64,000 nucleotides of DNA, from the NCBI GenBank assembly GCA_051362555.1, contig CM120644.1:4906954-4970953 (forward strand), in the 5' to 3' direction. This document shows, one piece after another, positions 1 to 14,039 of the stretch. Below the pieces are notes generated by a model. That model worked only from the letters and a program-made list of their open reading frames with translations. It was not told the origin of the DNA and did no database searches. How positions within the stretch are numbered: the first letter of the stretch is position 1; each line of letters begins with the position of its first letter. Made by a program: the position numbers and the translations under genes. This DNA is from Lingula anatina (Eukaryota; Animalia; Brachiopoda).

Positions 1-228
1 GGATTTTATGTATAAACACGCACAGAGAAACAAATGCCAGTGGGATTTCTCTTGATATGATTACTGAAAAGAACTGCGTTTTCTAGATGGGTTTAATAGA
101 TACATGTACTTCATTGCCAGGACTTTGCCACTAACTGTAAACAAGCTCTTCATTGCAAAGTTCATTCAAGGACTGCCTCATATAGCACTGCTTTACTTGT
201 GGTCACATTGAAGAGACCACTAGACTTT

Positions 229-358
229 GGGAGCATGGGTTAATGCAAGTTTCAGGGAACATGGATTAATGCGAATTTCAGGGAGCATGTGTCAATGCAT
301 AATTCTGGGAGCATGAATTAATGCACATTACCAAGAATATGCATAAATGCATATTTCT
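229..358. repeat. Degenerate 26-bp minisatellite, about 5 copies
   Basis: Units resembling GGGAGCATGGRTTAATGCANNTTTCW start at 229, 255, 281, 307 and 333. Confidence 0.85.
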
Positions 359-802
359 GAATGAGTTGTGGTGGCTTGAAGTGGTATAGCACATACACCA
401 TAAGCATATTGTGGGATTATTTTGTGACTAGGATTTCTTACCACAAGGAGCCAGTCTAATCCTCCTCTTGTCCCGCCTGCTGCAATAGTAATCAAGATAA
501 TGCACCTTCTGTTATGTAATTAGACAAACTGCCAAGTTAGATAATTACAAGCTTGCTGGGCCCAAGTTGACTGGAAACACAACACGGCTGGAGTTAGACA
601 CTGCCTCAACTTGACATGAAAACAAATGTATAAATCCCACTGGTGCAAATCACTCTTGAAACTTTGCGATCGCTATATCCTCTAGCTTGCATACATAATA
701 TGTATATTCCATTGATTATTATTAGGCTTAAAGTACACTGCCATATCTATAGAACACTTCAAGCCTTTCTTTAAGACTGCTATAGCTATCTCTAGAAATA
801 AA

Positions 803-928
803 ATGAACATGTATTCACCAAAAATGATGATGTCCATGAAAAGAAAATTTTCTCAGTTGAGTGTCACAAATGAAGAGTCGGAGCCTGATGAAGACGTGGA
901 TGTTGAAATGACAGAGGTGAAGAATCAG
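803..928 (+). CDS. Candidate alternative first coding exon A (MNMYSPKMMMSMKRKFSQLSVTNEESEPDEDVDVEMTEVKNQ), phase-0 donor
   Basis: 42 open codons from ATG 803 (several in-frame Met, so the true start is uncertain) to CAG|GTATAG at 928/929. Protein-like composition (KRKF basic patch, acidic tract), followed by AT-rich intron-like DNA. Confidence 0.6.
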
Positions 929-2539
929 GTATAGTTTTATGTCCATTTTTCAATGCCCCTCATATGGTGGATAAAGAATGTACACTGCTGTTTATGCAAA
1001 CATGAATTGCTATATATTTCGCCAATATTTATTTATTGCAGATAAATCCATTAAAAGCATGTAAATATTTCAGCACCATGATAAAGTTTCAGATACTGCA
1101 TGGATTATATATGAAGTGCATATTTGTGAAATTTCCAAATTATTTTATGCATACCGAGGTGTTTTGTTGGCGACATTTACAGGTTTTACAGTTCATATTT
1201 ATATATTCCTCTGTCTTTGGACCGCTCCCCTTCTTTAACACCCCTCCCCCCTCATATCACCCCAACAACAATAACAACAACAACAACAACACAATTTTGC
1301 TGTAGTGTACAGTGATTATACACTGTGTATAGAGTGAAGAGACCCATTATAGATGTATGATAGCTTAGAATCGGCTCATTCACGTCCTGATAAGACATCT
1401 TCAATGTTTACCTGGGTCTAGTGTATCACAGCAATATTTGACATGTATATACTAGTACACACACTGATAGCAGCATCAAAGGGTTTTTTTTCATCTGGAA
1501 ATAGGTCACCCAGGGCATTGACCTAGATTTCTGCCTTAGACAGAAGGCTGGCTGAAGTTAACATGTGTGCTGTAAATTTATTGGATTTTCATATAATGGT
1601 GTTTACTGTGTTAACATTTCTGAAAATGTGAAATAATAATAATAATGAAGATGAGGATGATTGATGCAGAGCTTTAGCAAAATACCAGTATGTAGTTACA
1701 GACCTGCAAAACAAAAATAGATTAAGGAAAAAATGTTAAGAAGAATAAAAGGATGAAAAGAAATGTGAAAGGTATCAGTTTTAATCAAGGCAAACAGCTG
1801 TACATATTGAACCCCAGCTAAGGTTAATGTTGTGACATTTCTTCAATGGTGTACTCAGTACTACATATATTGTAAAACGTATCTCATATTATTATGGCTA
1901 AAACATTAATTGCTTTGATTTACTTCCTAACATGAAATTTGGATAACACTTTATAGGTAATCAAAAGCAAAAATCAATACGTAATACATGCTTTGAAGGG
2001 CAACAGCATTTTTTTCTGAACAAGAGACAAATATGTAGGGAGGTTGGGAGGGGGCGTGGGAGGTTTGCAAAGTGAATGTTTCAGAGGATTGTGTTAGGTG
2101 AGCTTGATTGTTGTGAAAGCTAAGCATTCACACCTGTATTGTGATTGATATTGGATGTGATGGCAGCAATGAGACAACATTGTGGCTTTGAACATAACTT
2201 CATTTCATTGAATTACTGGTACCTTTTACTGGAATTGTATATATCTGTATGTAATTGCGTTGCTTACTTGAAATTTATTTACTGCATTATGGTTAAACAT
2301 TGATAGCTTTCAGTGTCAATAGATACTTATACATTGATAATTAAGAATTTGGGTGCATGGAAAGATACAAGTGGTGAATTAAGTTGGTCCACATTTGAAA
2401 GGTGTCCCCAGGGTTTCAGATGTCTTACCCACAGGGTAATGCCTTACAAATCTGCTCAAACCCACAACAGAGAAGAGCACTTGGTTACTCAGTAATGATA
2501 TTTGTCAGTTTTAGACTATTGCACAAAATGTTGAGAATA

Positions 2540-2666
2540 CGGTAAAGTTTTGAAAATTTCGTCATACCCAGGAGTCGGGGAGAGGTAATTTTGAAAAATT
2601 AGTCGGATTTACACAATTAAAAATATTAATTAATTTTTAAGCGACGAAATTTTCAAGACTTTACCG
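2540..2666. mobile_element. MITE with TA target-site duplication (Tc1/mariner/pogo-like)
   Basis: TIRs CGGTAAAGTTTTGAAAATTTCGTC / GACGAAATTTTCAAGACTTTACCG, flanked by TA on both sides. Confidence 0.8.
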
Positions 2667-2998
2667 TAGGTCTGATGTGAATGATTATAGCTGCTATTTA
2701 TAACAAATAAATAATCTAAAATTTTTTTTTTACCTCTTTTGTCTTTTAAATAAGTGTAGAGAGAAAACTGTAGTAGAGTCATGACAGTTTTTTTTTTCTT
2801 TCAGTATTATAATCGCACTTTTAGGTATAAAAATTTCTACTTTTATTGTAGGCCAACAGCTTATTAAATACTTGTAGACCAAATTTGCAGTGCCACTTAA
2901 TGCAGTTGCTTCCTTAATATTAGCAGCTCAAGCACAGTGGAATTTAGAACTAAATACTTTTTTTTAAATACAGCCGGACACCCTGTAATATTGGTTAA

Positions 2999-3333
2999 AG
3001 GGATAATAACTCTTCGTATGAGATCTATATTTCACAATAAAAACATTGTGAATAATTCATAGAAATATTATATATTCTGTTTTACCATAAAAATGGCAGT
3101 TATAGCTATTATTCTGATATTTGAGCTTGTCTTTAGACCATGTGACCTCCACTGATGGCTATACTCTGCTAACATCTCTTAGGAGATTTTAACAAAAAAC
3201 CAAACTTTTTAGAAAAAAAACAGGGACTAACTTTGAATGTAAAAATGGATTCATTAACCATTGGTAAGTGGGAAAATTGTTGTTTACTCCAGGAAAATTC
3301 ATTTTTTGGCCAAAACGAAGAGTTATTATCCCT
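2999..3333. mobile_element. Non-autonomous TIR element with TTAA TSD (Kolobok-like ends)
   Basis: Perfect TIRs AGGGATAATAACTCTTCGT / ACGAAGAGTTATTATCCCT, with TTAA at 2995-2998 and 3334-3337. Confidence 0.8.
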
Positions 3334-3447
3334 TTAAGTGCTGTACTCTTCCTGACAAGAAATGGCAGAGAATGGAATGGGCAACATATGTCTACATATC
3401 TCTACATATGGGGTGCAATTAGATGACTTAAAGGACAGAGAGGCTTT

Positions 3448-3705
3448 GGCTTCGTTCACATGCAATGTCTATTTTCTAAAAGTCTATTTTCTATTCGCGC
3501 TATCTTATGATCATAGTCTGTGCCCTGAATATCCCGCGGCGTAATTACTGGCAGCGCGAGCCAGTTACTTAAAGTAACTTATAGTAACTGGCTCGCGCTG
3601 CCAGTAATTACGCTGCGGGATATTCAGGGCACATACCGTGATCATAAGACATACCACGAATAGAAAATAGAATTTAGAAAATAGACATTGCATGTGAATG
3701 CAGCC
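3448..3705. mobile_element. Fully palindromic MITE, copy 1 (PIF/Harbinger-Tourist-like)
   Basis: Near-perfect fold-back GGCTTCGTTCACATGCAATGTCTATTTTCTAA...TTAGAAAATAGACATTGCATGTGAATGCAGCC. Flanks are TTT/TTT. A second copy lies at 52235-52491. Confidence 0.9.
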
Positions 3706-4576
3706 TTTAACTTCCAACCTATCTGAACTTGATTGCACCCCTGCATGTTATTTTGTGAACCACTGAGACCCCAGCGTGAATTATGAAGGTTATTAGTTTT
3801 CTATTGGGAACCAATTTAGACATATTACACGTCCAAACAACTTATGAACATGAAAAACAAATCCATTATGAATTTCCCCCTACGTGGAGCTGGAGCCTAA
3901 AATCATTATAAATTAAGTTGTGCTAGGGATGTTACACATGTTTAGGTTGTAAAAGTAACACTGTATGACATACACAGCTGTCAGAGGACTTTATTAATTC
4001 TGTGTTCCATGGATAGGTTCATTTTTTATCCACCTGAGGGATATGTTTTTCATCCAATATGTCCGTTATTAAGTTTCTGAGTGCATGGTGCACTATTCAG
4101 ACAGGGTTAACCAACATTTGTTTCTTAGGGGTTTAGTTATATGAGAAAGGTTCCACCTGCTGTGTCTGTGAACAAGTTTTGAAGTGTGGTGTATCAGTTT
4201 GAAGTACTGGATAACATCTAAATGAGGCAGTTGCTGAGTATTGTTTTACGGACATCTTGTTTTGATATTATAGCTTCGTTGACAGCCACAAAGTCCAATC
4301 ATTCACAGACTGTTGTGTCTCCAATGTGAAATCTTGCTGATGTTTTGAGTGTCATTTGAGGACGTCCAAAGAAATTACGTTTAATTAACTAGTTGATATT
4401 TAGGTAACAGATAATGTGAAAATAATATTTGAAAATGTAATTGTGGACAGAAACATGTCAGAAGTTGAGTATTAACACAGAATTGCTTCATAGAGTGGAT
4501 GTCAAACTGTCTGATCATAAAAAGAAAAAACAAGATTGTTCATATACATATTATTTTTCCCTAACTCAAATCAAAC

Positions 4577-4601
4577 GGGGGGGGGGGGGGGGGGGGGGGG
4601 G
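4577..4601. repeat. Poly-G tract (25 nt)
   Basis: Direct reading. Confidence 0.9.
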
Positions 4602-6342
4602 AATTTGAGGTTATGTGACATTGTTCAAAAAAGTGAAATATGTGCAAATGATTGAATAACTAGTTATACATGAATGACGTCATAGGTAAATAAATAAATG
4701 AAAACCTGATTTAGTCTGATTTAGTCTATCCGGATATTTTCATATTTGTCAAGCACAGCAAATGAGGTACAAAGATAAAACATAATCTTCTTGCTATAGC
4801 AGTTGAGTGATAAAACAGCAGAAAGTAAATAGTTTATCATTCCTCTCCATACTTAAGCTCTTTCCCATAAAGATAAATGTGATGGCTTCTGATAAAATTT
4901 GAACTTTTTAAAGATTGGTCTCTACAGGCTCTGATAAATCTTTTCAACATCTGCAAGATAGACTAAATACCTTTGAAACTGAGATTAGGAGAAACCATTA
5001 CTCATTAAGGGAGTGTTAGGTTGTGAAAACACATTAACTATCATGTTATCAGAAAGTCCATTTTTATCCCAAGGGGTGTAAGTTTGGGAATACCCGGTAC
5101 TCTTGAGGGAGTGCATTTCTTATACAATACGAGATGATCCAAATGATCGAGAATCTCAAAAGTCGTAAGTTTTGAAAATGAGACATTACGACTGTAGACA
5201 AGACTTGACTGTCTTGTTTTTTAAGACAGAGGGGGAAAAAAAAGGTGTTATGAAACTGTGATATAAACCTCATCTTAAGACACAAATATTTGTGAATTGA
5301 TATAATGACTCGAGTCCTTTCTGACGCAAATGGTGAATTATTTATTTGTATTACGTGAGGCTTCAGCAGTCAGTGCAGCACCGGGTATTGATTTTAATTG
5401 TGTAAAGCTCAATGGATGTGGTGTATGGTGGAATTAATTTGAAATTTAGAGCCACTTGACAACTTAATTAGTTGTTTACTGAATTCTCCATTAGTTTTTT
5501 CTTCAGTGCACAAAAAAAAAAAAAAAAAAAAATGTCTCTCAAATTTAAGCAATAGATAAATATATATAAATACATAGGCAGATTGTGATTATGAGCTCAT
5601 CAGTTTTAACCTGAATTTAGAATGAGACTTTCTGTATAGAACATGATCTTTGCAGTGCCAGAGAGTCTTCTTGTCAATTTCCATAAAGTTGCTCAAATTC
5701 CAACAAAACTACCAGGAGTGCTGTTGAGATATTTCAAAGATGAATTACGAGATATTTCAGAGATGAATAGATTCAGTTGTATTATGTTATAAAAATTAAG
5801 TAGAAATTTCTTCTTCAATAAGCAGCTAATGATGATTTTATTTTTTTTTACCAGCAGTATTTTGATGTCTGACTATTTAATTGTTGAAATATTTATTTTC
5901 GTGAATATTTTGAGCAAGAATAAAAAGTCTGGGATACAGGAGACCCGCCTGAAATGTCATGTTCTGTGCAACACTAATTCTTAAATTATATCTGTCTATC
6001 TTCCTATCTATCTGTCTGTCTGTCTGTCTGCCTGTCTGTTTGTCCCTCTTCCCTCCATCCGTCCATTCATGACATTCAGTTTCGAAGCAACCAAACCATA
6101 CAATTCTGGAGAAATCTGAGATCTGCTGAAAGAGCCTTATGGTTTTTACATTTTATTGATTTGAAGCATTCAAGTGTCTGAATTAAAAAAAAAGATGGGA
6201 AGACTTAAACTTTCCATTTGATAGCAATCTACTAAGGGTCTATTTTGATCTCCGGATACGGATTTCCTAAGCTTTGGTCATTAATATGGATTCTGACTTC
6301 TGTGGGATGCTGAATGAAGAAAAGCTCGTCTTCTGGTGATTT

Positions 6343-6430
6343 CACCTGAGAGTGATCTCATTTTTAGTTTCATCTCTGGAAATCACTTGAGAGTGATCTC
6401 ATTTTTAGTTTCGTCTCTGGAAATCACTTG
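6343..6430. repeat. Local tandem duplication, about 41-bp unit, about 2 copies
   Basis: TGAGAGTGATCTCATTTTTAGTTTCRTCTCTGGAAATCACT is repeated head to tail. Confidence 0.85.
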
Positions 6431-9400
6431 GAAATAATAAGAAAATAAATAAGTAAAAAGATGAGAAAAATACTGATCATGGATGGATTTGGAGCTTGTT
6501 ATATTCTTCTTGCTTTAACTATTTTTCCTGGCTGCTGGTACTGTACTGAAAACAAAAAGAAAAAAATACTTTATTTTCATTCATATTTTCGATAACCAGC
6601 ACAACCAAACTTGTAAATTAGACTCTATGTGATGTTCAATGAGCAGTTTCAAGTAATGAGTTTTTAGTTCTCTGATGAAGAGAATTAAAGAGTGAGGAAA
6701 AACTGCTAGTGATGAGTTGCTGGGACCAGTTCAGTACTGTCTGGTTATATAAGTGGGTGCACCATAAAGCATAGAGCAAAAAAGATGAGAAGATTCTTAT
6801 TTTTCCCTTTATCATGATGTCTTCTTTTTTTACAGTGATGAGTGTGTCATGGAACACTGATGTAAGAGCGAGATTTATCTGATCGCTTCATCTGGTTCAA
6901 CAGTTTCTGTATCCACTGTCTTGTATTTGGTGTATCACTTGTCCTGCCAAGCCGTAGCAAATTTTCATCTGTGTGGAATAACAACAGAGTTGAGGGATAG
7001 AGATAAGAATGTTGTTTTTCTGTTTTCATTTTCATCACTGGAAATTGTCCTGGGTAGTCTGTCATACAGAGCCCCCTCCCCCCCTCCCCCTCCCTGCAGA
7101 GCAATACTGTGCAGATAGTTTCATTTGCATGTGAATCAAATGTAGGTATCATTTAGTTATTCATTCAGTTAAGCTTTGATTGACTCGAGACTCAAGAGAG
7201 GTAGAAAAAGAGAGAGAGAGAGAGAGATCATAACCCAAGGCGTGTTTGCACCTTTTAATGGACTCTCTCCTTCTCTTCTGTCTCATTTCTTACAGGATAA
7301 ATCTCCATGAAATCAATGAAATAGAGAACAGGGAAATCAGAATATTTCTTGGATTTTAGCAGCTGTGTTCTGAAAGTGGTTCTAATAATACTGTTTCGCT
7401 ATAGCACTTGTTTGATGGGTCCAATCCCTTGTGTGTTATTTATAATAAGAACATTTATTTCTCTGTACATAATGGGAATAAAGACACGGAGAAACGCAAC
7501 ATTTCTATCAGACCATTTCCTGGACAAAACATTGGAACAACACTTCTATCCTGGTATAGAAGATTTATTGAATAATAGAAAGTGTGAACACCCCATAATT
7601 TTCATAAGGGTTATGATTATTAACCTATAAGTCGAGATTTATTGAGTGAATATAACTGCGATTTTTCTGTGTTGGTTAAAAGGCCAGACTCCCAGACTAG
7701 TGAATACATTTTGGCTATCGTATATTCCAGGATACAGTTCCAAGGAGAAGTCCTTGGAGGAGGGTTGAATTGATGAGTTCAGTGCTGGGAAATTACCCAG
7801 ATTATTTGTGAGATAACCATTGAATTATTTTGAGCTATTAGATTGCCTGGACAGCTGAGCACAAGACGAAATTGAGATAGTGTTAATGTACATTACGGTG
7901 CTCTGTGTTGAGAAGATGGTAATTTGGTGGTATTAGCAAGTTACGAGGAAGAATGTAAAAATATTTGTCTGTCACGTAATTACAGGTAATCCAGGTAGTT
8001 GTTTACTACACCTGACGAGGATTGATCATTCGTTAGCCCAATTAACAGTACGATCTGGAGTAAATCTGCCATTTATGAGATGTTGGAGGAAATCACGAAT
8101 TTTTGAATCATTTATTCGGTGCGTAGGAAGCTTATTTCTTCAAAACATTACAGGGAGACATATTAGTAAGGATTTATTCACGTCATGGTTTCCTTTAGGA
8201 AGAAATGGGCATCGAGGAATAATTTGTTTATCACCTGGAATCAGGGACAACAGCTCCAAGTGTTAATAGTTCACAGTTTTAGCATCTAGAAAAAAGATCT
8301 AGTAGCGCTTTGTGTCTTGTGAAGACTTGTCATCCTATTGTGTTGCCTTAAATGAGTAATCTGTGTCAGGAACCGACTTTGACATTTTCGACAAAGGAAA
8401 AAAAAATGCTGTTATTGTTGAATTAACAATAACTGTCAAGTTATAATCTGTCTGTCTGTAACTGATTGTATATCAGGAGATATCATTACCTGACTACCTA
8501 AATACTTGAAAATAGATTATATTTCTTATTGATAGAAGCAGTTGATGCATTATAATGAGATTTTGCTTGGCTTTTTTTTCTGTTGTAAAGAATTGTCATA
8601 AATTCAAGAAGTAAAACGGGAAGTTTTTTCAGTCATCAGATAGAGGGGACTGTATATATTTTAATGTAGGGAAAGACAACACTGTCAAGGGGACATTGTT
8701 GTTATTACCTACTAAATAAGGAATTACACAACAATATGCGGCAATTTAGGTGAGTTAACAGGAAGCGGAGTTGGCAGCTTTAGGGCGCATGGAAAGTCAT
8801 TATTCTTACAGCAGCACCATTTTGTTTATTATCGACTTTGAACATTTCTTGTAACAGTGGGATGATATACTTCTCTTGAGCTGCTCCTAAATATTCTAAG
8901 ATTTGAACCTAAAAACACTGCATTTATTAGTTTGGTTAAATTGTTGTAAAAGTCATTCAAGGGATAATTAACAAAAGCAAGCAGTGACACAGACTGCACA
9001 GTACAAAGAAAAAAAATATATAAGTATTGCACAGATATTAACTATCAAACATGAAAACTCATAGTGCATGGATAAGTGTTAAAAAATAAAAATTAATGCC
9101 CAAATTAATTGTTACTCAAACTAAGAAAGTTAAGTTTGTGGAGTAAATTATTCTGTGATCCAGCTGACAAGCACCTGTTGACTGTCTATTACATGTGATA
9201 CAGCAGAAACCACAGTAGACATAATTACAAAAGTATCACCCTTGTATCACACACATACATTGTATAGACTCCAAGACACAACAGGGCCAGACAAGAACTT
9301 GTTCATGCATGTTACTGATGGACATTTACGCAAGTATTGATGCTTATTCCCTGGAGTTTTGATTCTGAATGACCTAAAGGAAGACGTCAGCCAACAAAGC

Positions 9401-11961
9401 TGGGTCTACCACAATAATGTGGATACGTCATATTTGATCAGTTCAGTGGAGTTCTACTTCATAAACATCCTCTGTGAGATAAATAATTATAAATAAGACT
9501 TGCTGTATGCTGTAAGGGCATCTGTTGACATAACAGAATGGATTTTGTGATTTTCACATTATTTGGGACGGAGACATTCGTGTACACTTTTGTTGTATAA
9601 TTACAGTTCATGGGTGGAAGTTCACATTACCTTATTTACAATTGTTGTACAATAGTCTGATTGGTCCGTGGTTAGAAGTTGGAATTACCTTTCATACATC
9701 ATTAGTGAATTGAATAGCCGATGGCAGATAGTATTTCCTGGAAATAACCTAGTAGCTCGGAGCAATGGGTGGAAATATTCTGCAAGGATTCACCAAATCT
9801 GTACACTTGGAGGGATCTTTACGACAAGCCATGCATATATCTGGTTTGGTTTGTTTGACATATACTTTGTGGACATTGGATTTTCCTACGTCATTTCACA
9901 TGATTTGATCTGTGATTTTAACTAGCCTGTTACAATTCCACTGAGGAATTTGGACCAATTTGACTGGATTTTAACCTGCGTTTTATCTGTGATGACATTC
10001 ATGACCTGACCAGCCCCAGGGACTAGGTTACATTTCTGCGTTGTTTTTAAATACTGTTTTTCATTTGTGGCAGATTACACTCAAATCAGCAACTTTTGAG
10101 TGGATATGGCTGATATGCCTTAATTACCTTGTCTATTTCTGTGAAGCAGCAGTGTCCGTTAACAGTGTACAAACACAACTCGTTACCATTAGTACAATAT
10201 AAAGAGAACAAACAACTCGCTACTTAACCGCTGTGCAAACATTCCTTGTATCTTGATTAATGACTGCGCTCTCTCGCCGAATCAATTGGATTAGCATCAC
10301 AAAAAGACAAGTTGGCAGTGAAGTTAGTTAGACCACAGCAAGTAAAGGTGTTATGTATGCGTATACAGGAAGACATACTATTAATAACCCAGGAGTTGGC
10401 AATTCCCACAGGTATATTTAGTATTTGTACATTTATTGTTGCACCTTGTGGCAATGTTTAAACTGAGCCGGTGAAAGTGAAAGGAGACTGCTTGAGGGAG
10501 TGCGCTGACCTGCCTAATGACCTGTGTCTTATCTGGACTCAGACGCGGTAGCTGATAACTTGTTGGTGGACAGATATCAATACTTTTAATATCACCCTGG
10601 AGCTGTGATGCCAGCCAGTAGCTGGGAGCTTTGCTTGGATGGATCTCGCTGAATTTCCTCTGCATAGGAAATGAGCCAGATAAGGTGATTAAAAAAAATT
10701 CCCAGAACTGCTAATGAAGTTGATTTTTGTGGCTAATCTTCGTTAGTCTACCTGATAGCAGTCCATTTATCAGAGGTCCCAGAATTCTTACACCCAGTGT
10801 AGGAGCCATTGCATCAGTTGTTTTTTATGCGAGGAATAGGGTCGCTCTTAAAGAAGGCATCTGATGGAACACTTTCATATTGACTGAGTGGATCTGGCTA
10901 CACCTGCACTGAGAGACGGCTGCTGATCATTTATTAAGGCATATCAGTATTAAATCTGACTTTGTTACCAATGTAACAACAGATTTGCTCCTTGATTTAA
11001 GTACAGAGATTTTCAAAAAGTTAACCACAACATCCAGAACAATTTGATTGATTTTTTACGTCTTTTGCGCCACCTCTTGCTCTGACCAGTGGTATTTCCT
11101 GATGCATTTATTCCTGTACATGTACTTTTCCTATATTTATACTTCCGTGACTGCATGCCCTGAATCAGTTGGAGCTTAGATTCAGACGCACGGAAATAAT
11201 TGTTGATTTTCTGGCTAGACGTCGCCTGTTGGTATAACTACAGGTAGATATTGACAGGATAAAGAACACACAGTGTGACGGTACGTTACTTTTGAACCCT
11301 CTGGCATGTGACACAGATTATAAGACAGTTCAAGCAGGTGAAGGAAGATAGGAGGGTGGACTCTTGTTTAGGTCAAGAAGATTGTACTGAAGGATTTTTG
11401 CTGAAACTGCGCCTTTTGCAGACAGTGATGCTAGCAGCGTAAGACAGTATTCCTGGACTTCTTATTGTAAGTTGGTGTAGAGCTGAGTAACTGAAAAAAC
11501 TGTTATTTTATCTGGCATAAATCTGTTTGAAAATACCTGTGATTCCCCCATCAGGAGACTATAGTGGCTTTAACATATTATAGCTCTTATGGTAAATCAT
11601 GGCATGACTAGACATTGACTTAATATACATATAATATAATATAACACCTGCAGGGAATTACGTCACGCCACATTTAGAATAAGAGGAAAGACTTTTCCTT
11701 CTTTCATGTGTAGAGCTGCCAGATAAGAGGGGGTATTGCACCTGACGCATAGTTAAAAAAGCTGGAGGCAAAATACACTGCAACTTAACAGGTTACTGAC
11801 ATTTGGAGTGCCATATTGAAAAGACGAGGAATTAACTTGCCTATATATTCAGCAGGTATTTTTTAAGGTGGCAAGGCATTACATAACTATTGAATTATTT
11901 TTTGAATTGTCATAAAAATAAGGAATTTAAAAACAGGATTTACTTTGTACGTCTGACTACC

Positions 11962-12390
11962 ATGCCAGTTAGAGAGCCGTGGGTAACGGAGGAGTCAGCT
12001 TTGCCTAAAAGTGACCCAAATCGAGCAGCTAGACCTGTGGATTTACTGCCTAATTCGAGTCCTAATCTGAGGAAAAAATTACAACCACAATCCCCGAGAA
12101 TGTCAAGTCCAAGTTTGCGTAGGAAGGTAGGTCCAGCGCCACCAGGTTTCGACCCTAATACGGCGTCTGCAGGAAGTCAGGTGACACAGACCAAAGTGGT
12201 GCCGTTTCATAACGACGATGACAGAAACTTGTTGCAGAAGACTCTGCAGCAACTGGCTATTAAACAGGGCAGCAACAGTCCGGTCAACCAGAGACGTTCA
12301 CAGAAGATGAATATGAGTCCTTGCAGCAGCCCGCGCACCCCACGATCAAGACCTAGGAGTCCATTTCTGGAGACGCTGAGTGAAGAATCG
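11962..12390 (+). CDS. Candidate alternative first coding exon B (143 aa, Ser/Pro/basic, disordered; MPVREPWVTEES...RSPFLETLSEES), phase-0 donor
   Basis: ACCATG start context, GC-richer than the flanks, protein-like sequence. Donor TCG|GTAGGG at 12390/12391, after which the ORF becomes AT-rich intron-like translation. Confidence 0.85.
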
Positions 12391-13994
12391 GTAGGGTTAT
12401 CAGTTTTTATCATTTATTTTTATCAGTATTGTTATTACAAGAATCATATGTGTCTAAAATCATTGACTTTCATCTTTGGTTTTTTAGCCTTCCAAATTTC
12501 TTTAAATGCTAGCTCTTACAGTACATACATGTATATAAATTATCCTATATTTCTACATGTATGATATTCATCTATATATATGTTTTCCCATATTCTATGA
12601 AGCACACATATTTCATATCTCTCTTCACCATAAGGGTTTGCACCTGTCAGAATGTGGATAGAGCGGAGATATGGATTTTTTTTTTTTTTTTGCTTTTATG
12701 TTTCTTGCCCAGTCTGCTGGCACCAGTCACCAGTTATGCTATAACTCATAGTGCGATGAAGGACAGGAGTTCGTAAAAATTTTATATTATTTTACTTCGG
12801 ATGTCTACTTTTGACATTGTCTACCATTACAGCAATACATTATTTGTATCAAGCGGCAGACAAAATGCTTGATTTTGTGCTAAAAGTTATTTGTCATTTG
12901 AGTGAAATATATTGAAATGCAAACACAAGTAAGGTGTTGAGTTCTACCCAGGCCTTGTTTTCTATCAACCCAGGAGGAACTTGGGCTTCTAGATTTTGAC
13001 ACTGTTTCAGTTATAAGGAACCATTGAGCTGAGGATATAGATCTGTCGGTATATTGTTTTTCTTACAAAATAGAAATATCTGCAATGCAAACATATTTTA
13101 TGCGAAATCTAAAATAAAGATTGGAGACAGGTGGGCTCTGAAACTTCATACATCTTGGCTTTATATAACAGTTTCAGGTGTGCAATCCACAGGTATTGAA
13201 TTAGAGGGTCAGGGCTTTATCTAATGGCAGCCGAGGCTGAACTCTAGTGCCCCCATTTATCAAACACCAGTGCTCTTTTACTTATAATTAACCTTTGGGC
13301 ATATTCTAGACCCAATATGTGAAAAATGCTTACATGTCTATTAGTACCCTGTAGTTGCCAGTGATATTTTGTTAAAAGAAAGGTGTAGAGAAACAGCAAT
13401 TATATTTGGCTGGTATTCTAAATCCCATGATAATTTTATACATAAAGAATGCTGGAGGTAGAATAGTGTGTTTTTGAAAAATTGTGTAGAAAATGTGCTA
13501 TAAATTTGGGCATTTTGTCAGGTCTGTTTATCTTTGTTTTATGTATTTCACATTGATTAACAGTATTACATATTTTCATTTTTCTGTGCACAAGAAACCA
13601 TGTAGTAGATTGCCTGCCATAGCCCACAGTCACTCATTTCAATGGAAGTGAATGATCACTTTTAATATTTATTTATATTTTAAATTCTGTTAACACCCCC
13701 ATGCAGTAAACACCTGTAGAACGGCTCAGGTGGGGATGGCAGAGGATGACCTTTAATATGGTGGCCAAAATAACCCCACCATCTATACATGTACAAGGTG
13801 CTTTTGTCCTCCAAACTGATTGCAAAATATGATATTTATTCAGGCTATCAGTCCTTAAACAGTGGCAATGATTACTTCAAAACAAAAAGCAGGGTGCAGC
13901 ATTTAGAAAGGGCTGGTGCACTCTGAGAGGTGAACTTTGAAAGGAAAAACATCTGCTGGCTTCTTGTGTCTTATTTTAGAATATTTCAAGATCG

Positions 13995-14039
13995 GGTGAT
14001 GGAGTCACATGATAGATCAGGTGATGGAGTCACATGATA
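13995..14039. repeat. 25-bp tandem duplication
   Basis: GGTGATGGAGTCACATGATA occurs twice, 25 bp apart. Confidence 0.8.

Noticed and set aside
11890-12564. 224-aa ORF as a complete single-exon gene
   Set aside because: It starts at TTG and both ends translate AT-rich intron/UTR-like DNA. Only 11962-12390 looks coding, and it ends at a donor.
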